DNA of 64,000 bases from Poseidonia sp. (GTDB taxonomy: Archaea; Thermoplasmatota; Poseidoniia; Poseidoniales; Poseidoniaceae). The stretch spans positions 1,041 to 65,040 of the forward strand of contig JAURAI010000009.1 in NCBI GenBank assembly GCA_030829545.1. Reading direction: 5' to 3'. Every line of letters starts with the position of its first letter. Positions within the stretch are counted from its first letter, which is position 1. A program made the translations under genes and the position numbers. Below, one piece after another: positions 9,455-18,016 of the stretch. The notes beneath the pieces are model-generated. The model was not told the DNA's origin, did no database searches, and worked only from the letters and a program-made list of their open reading frames with translations.

Positions 9455-11623
9455 TTGGCAAGAGGAAAAGGGTTCTTCAAGAAGTTGTGCTTTGCAGGTA
9501 ACATGGCCAAAGAGGGTGGAGACCAATCCTCGGTCAACGAAGGCCATGAAGAGCACTCACGCGCCAAGGACAAGGACGCAAAAGAACTCCAAGAAATCCG
9601 GCAACGCCGCCAGGGTGGAGGGCGCATGTTCCTCTCAAACATCGAGGATTTTGTGCTGATGGCCGGTATTGCATACGGACTTCTCTTCGCACTTCTTCTG
9701 TTCTCAATGTCGTCTGGTGTACTGGGCAATTCAACAGCCATGGACCATACAGCGTCAACGACCTTCCTTGATATCGGTGATGAATGCGAGCAAATCACGG
9801 ATGAACCATGGCTCAATATTTTCCCAGACCCTGACAAGGAATTGTTTTCAATCGCCGGCCACAATCTACCCAACGGGGTCGCATTCCTCAATTATTCCTA
9901 CTTTTCACTGGACGGTGAAACAAAATCAACCGTGACCGAAGAATACGACAGCAACGAAACGACTCGTTTGGTCGACGAATCCACAAATAACTCAGGGCGG
10001 GCCTATTTTCGAGCACCCTACTCGGACCTTGCAGAAGGACACTATGAGTTGAAGTTCCGCATTGACGTCTACGAGGAAGCGAACCGCTCATCTCAACGAA
10101 TCATTGGTCCATTGAGTCAATCACTGACTTTTGAGCACACCATCTCTTCGGAAGCACTTGCCTTCCTGCCCTTCGTGGACGACAGCGAGCATTCCGATGT
10201 CCGAATTGAAGATGCAGGCCCACGTTCGTGCTGGTCTGTTCAGGATCTTGGGGATTGGGGTTACCTCTTGATGGGGGCTGAAATCGGTGGAGGTCGTGAA
10301 ACTGCCATGCTAACCGGTGGGGCTGCGGGCATTCCTGCTTGGTGGATGGCCTTTATTTCGCTCTCACTGTCAATCATCACTCTCCTCATCATCTATCCGG
10401 TGATGTACAAAGTCTACCACCAAGATACTGACGATATCCTTTCACGTACCCACATTGTTCGTTTGGTTGAAGACACGGTTGAATCGATTGCAGAAGGACT
10501 GAACATTGATGTTGACCAAGAATTGTTCAAAACAGAGGTGAGAGAACTTTCCATTGACATCATGGTCGCGTACAAAAACACAGAAAGTACGCTCTCAGAC
10601 TCAAAAGAGGTCCGCGCTGAAATCCTTCGTCAACTTCTTGAAGAATTTGCTATCTTCCGCGTCTTTAAGCCTGTCCAACTCAACACAAGAGTGATCGGTG
10701 CCGGGCAGGTCATAGACTTTGACTCCGGCGTAGGTATCGGCAGCCGTGAAGCAGACGCACTCGATGCAGAAAGCGAGCAACAAGATTACTCATCTTTCTT
10801 TTCTGAACTCCATTCACTTTCTCGCATTGAGGATGATGTACGCGACAGTTTGGATTTGTTCTTCACCCGGCGCAACGACGTTGAGATGAAGGGTGCTGTG
10901 GTTACCAGTGACGACCGAGTCGTCTTTGTTTCAGTGATATACCGACCTACGCAACGCTTTGCATTCTTTAGGTTCAACAAAACCTCGACCCAAATCAAGG
11001 ATGAATTGTTCCGATTTATCCACGATCGCAATGAAGAGTTATTGGGCTCACAAGAATTGATTGTCAAAACCCGAAACGAAGTCTCAACACTTGCAGATCG
11101 GTCGGGAGCAGGTCGAGTTGAACGCCAAAACACCACCGATGACGAGCGAATCGTTGCCGTTGCTAAGCAAGATGGACTGGGCGGTCGTATGCTGCAAACG
11201 AAATTTTTGGGTGACACCCTCTCAACGGTTGAATACATGGCCAATGAGAAGCGGGAAATGATCAACAAATGGGGCTTCTGGGGCTTGATTTTCTTTGTCT
11301 GGATACCCTTCATGGCTTCCGGTGTCCTCGTTGGTGCCATGCTCGGTCTGCTCTCACGTATGCAATTCATGCGTGTCCTTCTTGCAACCCTTATCGGTGG
11401 TTCCATCGCATCGATCACGTGGGCATACACCGCGGAAGGCATCGTGAAATTCATGCACCAATACAAACTTGAAGTCTTTATTCCCATGATCATCGGTGTA
11501 TTCATCCTAATGGCAGTGCTGCACATTCGTTCGACAAAGATGCGTCGTCAGACTGAATTGTTTGAAGATACGCTGCTTGACAACTTCCACGCTGACGTTC
11601 TCGCCAAATACGGTGACCAGTAG
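9455..11623 (+). CDS. Large polytopic membrane protein of unknown function with C-terminal Sm_multidrug_ex-like domain
   Basis: TTG start preceded by GGAGGT. Architecture: charged N-terminus, TM, sequon-rich ectodomain of about 200 aa, TM, cytosolic region of about 300 aa, then 3-4 TMs. The C-terminal TMs (WIPFMASGVLVGAMLGLL) resemble the 'small multidrug export' family IPxPGTGAWTGA motif. Confidence 0.6.
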   Translation: MARGKGFFKKLCFAGNMAKEGGDQSSVNEGHEEHSRAKDKDAKELQEIRQRRQGGGRMFLSNIEDFVLMAGIAYGLLFALLLFSMSSGVLGNSTAMDHTASTTFLDIGDECEQITDEPWLNIFPDPDKELFSIAGHNLPNGVAFLNYSYFSLDGETKSTVTEEYDSNETTRLVDESTNNSGRAYFRAPYSDLAEGHYELKFRIDVYEEANRSSQRIIGPLSQSLTFEHTISSEALAFLPFVDDSEHSDVRIEDAGPRSCWSVQDLGDWGYLLMGAEIGGGRETAMLTGGAAGIPAWWMAFISLSLSIITLLIIYPVMYKVYHQDTDDILSRTHIVRLVEDTVESIAEGLNIDVDQELFKTEVRELSIDIMVAYKNTESTLSDSKEVRAEILRQLLEEFAIFRVFKPVQLNTRVIGAGQVIDFDSGVGIGSREADALDAESEQQDYSSFFSELHSLSRIEDDVRDSLDLFFTRRNDVEMKGAVVTSDDRVVFVSVIYRPTQRFAFFRFNKTSTQIKDELFRFIHDRNEELLGSQELIVKTRNEVSTLADRSGAGRVERQNTTDDERIVAVAKQDGLGGRMLQTKFLGDTLSTVEYMANEKREMINKWGFWGLIFFVWIPFMASGVLVGAMLGLLSRMQFMRVLLATLIGGSIASITWAYTAEGIVKFMHQYKLEVFIPMIIGVFILMAVLHIRSTKMRRQTELFEDTLLDNFHADVLAKYGDQ

Positions 11624-11631
11624 GTGATGAC

Positions 11632-12216
11632 GTGAATGAGATATCGACCTTTGAAGGTCAACCAGGACACGTTGGTGAACCCATCAATCTCGGCATCGTC
11701 ACCGTCAGTGATCGTGCAAGCTCGGGCGCCTATGAAGACGAGGGTGGTCCTGCGATTCTCGGTTTTTTTGAAGCAGCCTTCGCCAGTCCGTGGGAAGCGC
11801 ATTATCGGTGCGTCCCCGATGACATCGAAGCCATCGAGGCTGCATTACGGGAACTGGTAGACGATGTTGGATGCTATGTCGTGGTTACAACTGGAGGTAC
11901 AGGGCCTGCTCCTCGCGACATTACTCCCGAAGCAACCGAACGGGTGTGTGACCGGTTGCTCCCTGGATTTGGGGAACAAATGCGAGCCATTTCTCTGGCC
12001 TTTGTCCCAACGGCAATTCTTTCACGACAAGTCGGTGGACTGAGAGGAACAAGTTTGATCTTCAATCTACCAGGACGGCCAAAAGCCATTCGAGAAACGA
12101 TTGATGACATATGGAAGGCCGTCCCGTATTGCATTGACCTCACTGGAGGGCCCTACATGGACATGCGGGATGAGGTGTGTCTCGCCTTCAGGCCAAAATC
12201 GGCTGCTCGACGATAA
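11632..12216 (+). CDS. mogA: Molybdenum cofactor biosynthesis protein MogA/MoaB family
   Basis: IVTVSDRASSGAYEDEGGP and VVTTGGTGPAPRDITPEAT motifs. GTG start lies 8 nt after the upstream stop. Confidence 0.85.
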   Translation: MNEISTFEGQPGHVGEPINLGIVTVSDRASSGAYEDEGGPAILGFFEAAFASPWEAHYRCVPDDIEAIEAALRELVDDVGCYVVVTTGGTGPAPRDITPEATERVCDRLLPGFGEQMRAISLAFVPTAILSRQVGGLRGTSLIFNLPGRPKAIRETIDDIWKAVPYCIDLTGGPYMDMRDEVCLAFRPKSAARR

Positions 12217-12275
12217 ACTCCCTATCATCACATTCATGTGCTGAGTTTTATTGCTGTCATTTGGAGAAGAAAACA

Positions 12276-13685
12276 ATGAAGGGCAACATCCTCATCCACG
12301 GCGCCACAATGACACTACCTACACAAACCGTGATTGGAGATTTACGGGTCAGAGACGGCATTATCCACTCCATCGCCATCGAAAGCACATTGGAGCCACT
12401 TGATGACGAACTTTTCATCGATGCTGAAGGATTGCACCTGATGCCCGGAATGATTGACCCTCAATGCCATTTCCGTGACCCAGGACAACCCGGGAAGGAA
12501 GATTTGGGGTCTGGGTCCGCAGCCGCTGTAAGTGGCGGCATCACCTCCTTCCTCGACATGCCCAATAACAAACCCTCAATCACAAATTTAGCAGGTATGC
12601 AGATGAAACTGGACACTGCCGCTGCGAAATGCGTGAATAATTACGGCTTTTTCATCGGTGCTACTCCGAATAATGTTGAAGACCTTCAAGAAGCGGTTGG
12701 TACGGCCGAAGAAGCGGTGAGCATCCCCGGAATTTGCGGAACCAAGGTCTTCATGGGCTCCTCTACAGGAACCCTCCTCGTCAACGAACGCAGTGCTTTG
12801 AACGAAATTTTCTCCAAAACAGGTGGCCTCATCGCCGTTCATGCGGAAGATGAAAAGCGCTTGATTGAGCGATTTGAAACCTACAACTCACGCACTGACA
12901 TGGCTGCTCACGCTGAATGGCGCGATGATGTGACGGCTCTTTTGGCCACACAACTTGCAGTAGAACTCGCCCAAGAGCACGGGCGTCGCCTCCATGTGCT
13001 GCACCTTACAAGTGGAATTGAAGCTGAATGGCTCAATGGAATCACCTCACTTCCTTCAGAAAGTGACAGTGAAAAAGCGATCATCACAACCGAGACATTG
13101 CCTCAACACCTGACATTTGATGAAACAGATGTGGAGCGAGAAGGCACGCGTTTGAAGATGAACCCGCCGATTCGCTATGCTAAGGACAAAACGCAACTTT
13201 GGGATGAACTCAAAGCAGGAACGATTCAGTGCATCGCAACCGACCATGCACCTCATACCCTCGAGGCAAAGGCGCTCGGGTTCCCAGATGCTCCAAGCGG
13301 TATGCCTGGCGTTGAAACTTCACTTGCCGTGATGCTCACCCATGCAAAGGATGGGATTTGCAGCATTGAAAACGTGGTTCAATGGATGTCAACCAACGTT
13401 GCTGATTGCTACAATATGATCGGAAAAGGTCGATTGGAAGAAGGAGCAGATGGTGACCTTGTACTGGTCGATATGAACAACGAAGTCGTTGTTGAGGACG
13501 AGTTGACATGGACAAGAGTGGGATGGAGTCCATTCAGAGGCCGGCCTCTGGTAGGGTGGGCTCAAGTGACCATTGTTGCAGGGACTCCTGTCTTTGAACG
13601 CACCAAAGAAACCGGTCAGAAAGGGAAACTTCTGGTCGAACCCGGTGCAGTGGGAACACCGATCGTGATGACGCCTTGGCGTTAG
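12276..13685 (+). CDS. pyrC: Dihydroorotase (amidohydrolase superfamily)
   Basis: DPQCHFRDPG...GGITSFLDMPNNKP, KVFMG, AVHAED, HVLHLTS and ATDHAPH motifs. The start is placed at the ATG (MKGNILIHG), which is preceded by GGAG. The ORF-track start at 12177 overlaps mogA. Confidence 0.85.
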   Translation: MKGNILIHGATMTLPTQTVIGDLRVRDGIIHSIAIESTLEPLDDELFIDAEGLHLMPGMIDPQCHFRDPGQPGKEDLGSGSAAAVSGGITSFLDMPNNKPSITNLAGMQMKLDTAAAKCVNNYGFFIGATPNNVEDLQEAVGTAEEAVSIPGICGTKVFMGSSTGTLLVNERSALNEIFSKTGGLIAVHAEDEKRLIERFETYNSRTDMAAHAEWRDDVTALLATQLAVELAQEHGRRLHVLHLTSGIEAEWLNGITSLPSESDSEKAIITTETLPQHLTFDETDVEREGTRLKMNPPIRYAKDKTQLWDELKAGTIQCIATDHAPHTLEAKALGFPDAPSGMPGVETSLAVMLTHAKDGICSIENVVQWMSTNVADCYNMIGKGRLEEGADGDLVLVDMNNEVVVEDELTWTRVGWSPFRGRPLVGWAQVTIVAGTPVFERTKETGQKGKLLVEPGAVGTPIVMTPWR

Positions 13686-13688
13686 TTC

Positions 13689-15185
13689 TCAAGACAGATT
13701 GTAGAGTTGGCTGTATTTTCGCTCAACGTAGCGCAGGAATGGTTCAGGACTCGGAGGAGATCCCGTAGCGTCTGTGATGAGTTCTGCAGGGCTCACTTGG
13801 CTGCCTCGTTGGTGGATTTTAGGGCCTAACCAATCAAGCATGGGTGACCAATCACCGGTCGCTATCATATCGTCGATATTACCGAATTCTTCACCCATTG
13901 CCTCGAGAAGTTGAGCGGCATAGAGATTGCCAAGTGTGTAGGTTGGGAAGTAGCCAAACGCCCCCATGGACCAGTGAATGTCTTGGAGGCATCCAATTCG
14001 GTCTTCAGGTACATCGAGACCAAACCATTCCTTGAACATGGTATTCCATGCAGTGGGCAAGTCGTCAACACTCAGGTCACCATTGAAGAGTTGTTTCTCA
14101 ATCTCATAGCGTATCATCACATGTAAGTTGTAAGTAACTTCGTCGGCTTCCACTCGGATAAAGCCTTTTTCAACCCGATTGGCGATACGGTTGAGAGTGT
14201 GCTCATCCCAATCAGGTGCATCGGGAAAGGCCCGCTTAAACCAAGGGAGAGCTACCTTCCAAAAGGACGGAGTTCTGCCGATCTGATTTTCCCAAAATCT
14301 GCTTTGTGACTCATGAACGCCAAGCGATACTGCTGCACCACGTGGCGTGTAGCGATGTTCGTGGTCGAGCCCTTGTTCATAGAGCGCATGCCCCGTTTCA
14401 TGCATTACAGCATAAAGGCAGGAAAAAGGGTCTTTTTCATCAAAGCGTGTCGTAAAGCGAGTATCTCCCGGCCACAAACCCGCCGAGAAAGGGTGGGTGG
14501 AAGCGTCCATTCGACCTGCTTCAAAATCAAAGCCCATTGCAGCTGAAACATCGTGGCAGAATGCTTTCTGAGATTCAATTGGGAAGCGCATTTCAGCCGG
14601 TAGAGTGGGTTCTTCTTGCTTGGATTGTGCGGCGGTAATCGATTGGAGAAGTGGCACCAATCTGGCCTTCAGTCCTGCAAAGAGCGGGTCGTAATCTGTA
14701 ACCTTCATTCCGACTTCGTATTCATCGAGCAAGACGTCGTAGGGAGTCGTTTCGACTCCGAGAAAGTCGATTTTTTGGCGTGTGAGACTGATGAGGTGTT
14801 CTAGAGCAGGTTTGAAGGCTTGAAAATCTGATTGCTCACGGGCTTGTTGCCATGCTACCAAGGCTTCTGAACGTGCTTGGGCAAATGATTCAACAAATGA
14901 TTGAGGCAAGCAAACAGCCTGTTGGTGACTGCGGTTCATTTCTCGAACATTGGCTTTTTGGTCGTCATCCAATTCTATAGATGAGAGTCCCTGGAGCAGT
15001 TCTCCCATTCGAGGATCGACGAGCCGTTGGTGTCGTTGTCCTGCCAACCAAGCCATCATTTCCCCGCGTGAGGCAGCTCCTTTGGCTGGCATAAGGACCT
15101 CTTGGTCCCAACCCAAATGCCCTTGAAGAGCACTCAGCCTGTGGATATCTTTCACCCGATTCAAAAACTCAACGTAGAGGTCCAT
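13689..15185 (-). CDS. Carboxypeptidase Taq-type metallopeptidase (M32)
   Basis: HETGHALYEQG zinc motif, IRVEADEVTYNLH and DIHWSMGAFGYFPTYTLGN. The start is placed at MDLYVEFLNRV...ALQGHLGWDQEV, as in characterised M32 enzymes. Confidence 0.9.
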   Translation of the reverse strand: MDLYVEFLNRVKDIHRLSALQGHLGWDQEVLMPAKGAASRGEMMAWLAGQRHQRLVDPRMGELLQGLSSIELDDDQKANVREMNRSHQQAVCLPQSFVESFAQARSEALVAWQQAREQSDFQAFKPALEHLISLTRQKIDFLGVETTPYDVLLDEYEVGMKVTDYDPLFAGLKARLVPLLQSITAAQSKQEEPTLPAEMRFPIESQKAFCHDVSAAMGFDFEAGRMDASTHPFSAGLWPGDTRFTTRFDEKDPFSCLYAVMHETGHALYEQGLDHEHRYTPRGAAVSLGVHESQSRFWENQIGRTPSFWKVALPWFKRAFPDAPDWDEHTLNRIANRVEKGFIRVEADEVTYNLHVMIRYEIEKQLFNGDLSVDDLPTAWNTMFKEWFGLDVPEDRIGCLQDIHWSMGAFGYFPTYTLGNLYAAQLLEAMGEEFGNIDDMIATGDWSPMLDWLGPKIHQRGSQVSPAELITDATGSPPSPEPFLRYVERKYSQLYNLS

Positions 15186-15303
15186 GAAAATGACACGAAG
15201 GGGTTCTTCTTGAACACTCCCCTTTCCTTGATTGTGGAAAAGACACCGGAATAAATGCACCATAGAAGCACACATTGAAGAAGAGTTGTGACCTACACTC
15301 ACC

Positions 15304-16446
15304 ATGGCCTCTCCCTTTCGCCGAAAAGGAAAAGGGGGGGGAGACGAGGGTGCAATTGACATCGACATTGCGGACCTCATCGACGCTGAGGAAGGGTTTC
15401 CAGAGCCGATTATAGCCGAGGAGCCAATCGTTGAATCTCCTTCCGAGGACGATTCTCAAGTCATTGACCTCATGGCCAAGAGCGCACGAACCGTCATTGA
15501 CACCTGCATGGATTTGAGACGAGGCGAGAACATCTTGGTCATCTGCGACCCGACAACAACGGAGATTGGACAGGCGCTGCACGAAGCCGCAAGCCAGCGT
15601 TCGGACCGTGTCCTCCTCATCGTCATGCCCAAAGGGCGACATCATGGAGAAGAACCTCCCGCACCCGTTGTGAACCTGATGCGACAGCAACAAGTGGTCA
15701 TTGCACCAACCCGCTATTCCTTAACTCACACACGTGCAGTACGCCAAGCGATCAAGGATGGCGCACGAGTTGCAACCATGCCTGGGATGAGCAATGAAAT
15801 GTTCACGCAAGGAGGCATGTCTGCTGACTTCATAGCGATCAAGAAGAAAATGGGTGAAATGGCTCCAGTCATGCGTCGCAAACGAATTGTTAATGTCAAA
15901 TCAACATCGGGTACGAATGTCACCTTTGAAGTGAATTGGCGTGAATGGAAACTCGACGATAACGGCATTTGCAATCGCCCACGCATGCTGACCAACCTAC
16001 CAGCTGGAAAAATTTTCACCTTGCCTCGTGAGGGTACGATGAACGGAACCATCGTGATCGATGGGTCGTGGGATTCAGCCATTGTTGATGAACCAGTTGT
16101 ACTCCAAATTGAGGATGGTTTGGTCATTGACGTCAAGGGTGGAACGGCGGCAGCACAAATTCGGCAGGCCTTCGGTGAAGCCGCAAAACGCCTTCGTAGC
16201 AAAGAACAAGAAAACGTTTGGACCGTAGCTGAATTCGGTTTTGGAATGAATCCAAATGCCCGGCTTATGGGCAATGTCTTAGAGGACGAAAAGCGCCTTG
16301 GAACCGCTTATTTTTCAATCGGTGATAACACGAGACTTGGCGGGACTGCTGTTGTAGGGATCCACATATCAGGTGTGCTTGAAACACCAAGCATTTGGCT
16401 GGATGAAACGCCGATTGTAGAAGATGGAACCTTTCTCATCGACTGA
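15304..16446 (+). CDS. Aminopeptidase, M29/AmpS-like
   Basis: The C-terminal EFGFGMNPNARL..NVLEDEKRLGTAYFSIGDN pattern is typical of aminopeptidase T-like enzymes. The acidic N-terminal extension of about 55 aa may not be translated; an alternative ATG lies at 15472. Confidence 0.7.
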   Translation: MASPFRRKGKGGGDEGAIDIDIADLIDAEEGFPEPIIAEEPIVESPSEDDSQVIDLMAKSARTVIDTCMDLRRGENILVICDPTTTEIGQALHEAASQRSDRVLLIVMPKGRHHGEEPPAPVVNLMRQQQVVIAPTRYSLTHTRAVRQAIKDGARVATMPGMSNEMFTQGGMSADFIAIKKKMGEMAPVMRRKRIVNVKSTSGTNVTFEVNWREWKLDDNGICNRPRMLTNLPAGKIFTLPREGTMNGTIVIDGSWDSAIVDEPVVLQIEDGLVIDVKGGTAAAQIRQAFGEAAKRLRSKEQENVWTVAEFGFGMNPNARLMGNVLEDEKRLGTAYFSIGDNTRLGGTAVVGIHISGVLETPSIWLDETPIVEDGTFLID

Positions 16447-17958
16447 TCAATAGCCTAAATTTTGCTGGCCACAAACGGGGCAGAAGCGCCAGTATGGGTC
16501 AAGCCCAATGCCACACCCACGGCAATGAATACCGGAGCGTATGGTGGGTTGAACCAATGGGGCTTGTTGGCGGGGCCAACCTTGTTGAGCGGGTTGTTGA
16601 GGCGGAGGTTGCTGCCAATTCTGCTGCGGAACGGGTTGTTGAGCAGGGGGTTGTTGCCAATTCTGTTGATTCGGCAAGGGTTGCGGTCGTTGATTGACCG
16701 GTTGTTGAGGTTGCGCCACTGGTTTTTGGGCAGGTGCAAGTGGCTTTCGTACTGGGGCGATGGGTTTTGGTAAAACAGCGGTTTTTTCAGCGGCAGGAGA
16801 GGCAATAAATTCTGACAATGAAACGACACCGTCGCCGTCAGTGTCAGCCTCTAAGTGAAGTTCTTTTGCTTCCTCAAGTGTACTTCCTGTAGCCTGGGCT
16901 AATTCTTCAACAGAAAGGGCACCGCTGCTGTCTTCATCAGCGGCGATGAAGTGTTCGGCTGCACTGACAAATTCTTCCTCTGGCTCTTCTTCATGCTGAG
17001 GGGCATCATCAACGACTTCTGGCACGCTGGGCTGGAGTTCTGTAACCTCTTGGGTTGGCATCTCTACAGGAGCTGGTTCCTCTGCAGCTAATTCGAGATC
17101 AAAAGCCCCAGCAAAAGCATCTTGGGTGGCTCGAGCAACCTGCTTTTCACTCTCCACATTCACAACTTCGGGCGGAGCCTCAACGGGTTCTACATCGGGA
17201 AGCGCAACGGAAGTATCGGGGAGTGGAACAACTGATGTTGGTTCAACATTGTCCACCTTAGGCAAAGGTATCGGTGAAACATCCTTTGCTTCATGGACGA
17301 CTTCTGGGGCAGAAGCCACTTCCTGAACCGCTGGTTTTGGCGGTGAAGGTGGGAGGGCAATCGTAGCGGCAGAAGCAGTTCCGCTAGCAAGTGTTGGAAC
17401 AGGAAGAACATGGCCTGCCACATCCAGAGCCGCATTGAGTTCCTGGTCAATGCTCACAAGGGCATCGATGGACGCCTCAACTTGACTGAGATGGCCTTCA
17501 AGAGCACTGAGATACTTGATGACCTCCTCGCCTTTTCCAGTTTGATGAGCGACTGCAAAGAGTTTCATCATTCGCATCGGGTCGGCAAGGCTGGAAAGAT
17601 GCTGTTCCTGTTGGGCGGTCATTCCCGTCACCTTCTGACCCTGAATTTCACCTGTTGAGCCAGGCTCACCAAGAGCGTTCAACAAGGGGTCTGGCAGGCT
17701 CATCAATCCGAGATGGCCGGCCACGAGGTAGTAGATTTCGCCACCCTCACACGCCATGCGTTCGCTAGCAGCCTCAAAATCAAAGTCACCTGGTTGAAGA
17801 ACAATATCGGAGAGGAATTCAAAAAATTGAATCATGGCCTCGTTACGAGCCATTCCCATCATGCTATGGAGCATGTCTGATGATGCAGTTACACCAAAGT
17901 AAGCCGCAGCATCATCAACCTCAATTTCGAGGTTGTTGGTTGCGTCGTTATCCGTCAC
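16447..17958 (-). CDS. Cytosolic protein: unknown N-domain, acidic Pro/Val-rich linker, EF-hand pair, P/Q-rich repeat, C-terminal zinc ribbon
   Basis: GTG start preceded by GGAGGGTG. EF-hand loops DEDSSGALSVEE and DTDGDGVVSLSE (nt 16801-16962). QQNWQQPP repeats (nt 16543-16776). CRGC-x11-CPVC zinc ribbon (nt 16468-16527). Confidence 0.7.
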   Translation of the reverse strand: MTDNDATNNLEIEVDDAAAYFGVTASSDMLHSMMGMARNEAMIQFFEFLSDIVLQPGDFDFEAASERMACEGGEIYYLVAGHLGLMSLPDPLLNALGEPGSTGEIQGQKVTGMTAQQEQHLSSLADPMRMMKLFAVAHQTGKGEEVIKYLSALEGHLSQVEASIDALVSIDQELNAALDVAGHVLPVPTLASGTASAATIALPPSPPKPAVQEVASAPEVVHEAKDVSPIPLPKVDNVEPTSVVPLPDTSVALPDVEPVEAPPEVVNVESEKQVARATQDAFAGAFDLELAAEEPAPVEMPTQEVTELQPSVPEVVDDAPQHEEEPEEEFVSAAEHFIAADEDSSGALSVEELAQATGSTLEEAKELHLEADTDGDGVVSLSEFIASPAAEKTAVLPKPIAPVRKPLAPAQKPVAQPQQPVNQRPQPLPNQQNWQQPPAQQPVPQQNWQQPPPQQPAQQGWPRQQAPLVQPTIRSGIHCRGCGIGLDPYWRFCPVCGQQNLGY

Positions 17959-18016
17959 CGTCGCACCCTCCTATCAACCGCACTTATGTTCCCCATTTAA
18001 GCCCTCATGAACATCA

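Noticed and set aside
10786-11526. 246-aa ORF antisense to the 722-aa membrane protein. Similar long antisense ORFs lie at 31560..32297, 36082..36837, 15726..16274 and 60688..61299.
   Set aside because: Each lies fully inside a well-supported gene on the other strand and has Ser/Arg-rich, motif-free sequence, as expected from antisense frames at this GC content.
12459-12479. The dihydroorotase metal motif reads D-P-Q-C-H instead of the usual D-x-H-x-H, so the gene could encode an inactive enzyme or be a pseudogene.
   Set aside because: All other ligand positions are intact (KVFMG, HAED, HVLH, DHAPH). I recall a DHOase subfamily, seen in Bacteroidetes-type enzymes, with Q-x-H at this position. 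It is probably a normal family variant, worth confirming by alignment only.
15186-15380. 65-aa N-terminal extension of the M32 carboxypeptidase ORF, overlapping the divergent aminopeptidase start.
   Set aside because: Characterised M32 enzymes begin close to the LGWDQE helix. The extension is Ser/Pro/Cys-rich and overlaps the other gene's 5' end.
16455-16829. Several overlapping ORFs on both strands across 16455-16830.
   Set aside because: They are alternative frames of the CAG/CCN-rich P/Q repeat of the EF-hand/zinc-ribbon gene. Only the 503-aa frame links to EF-hand and zinc-ribbon motifs.
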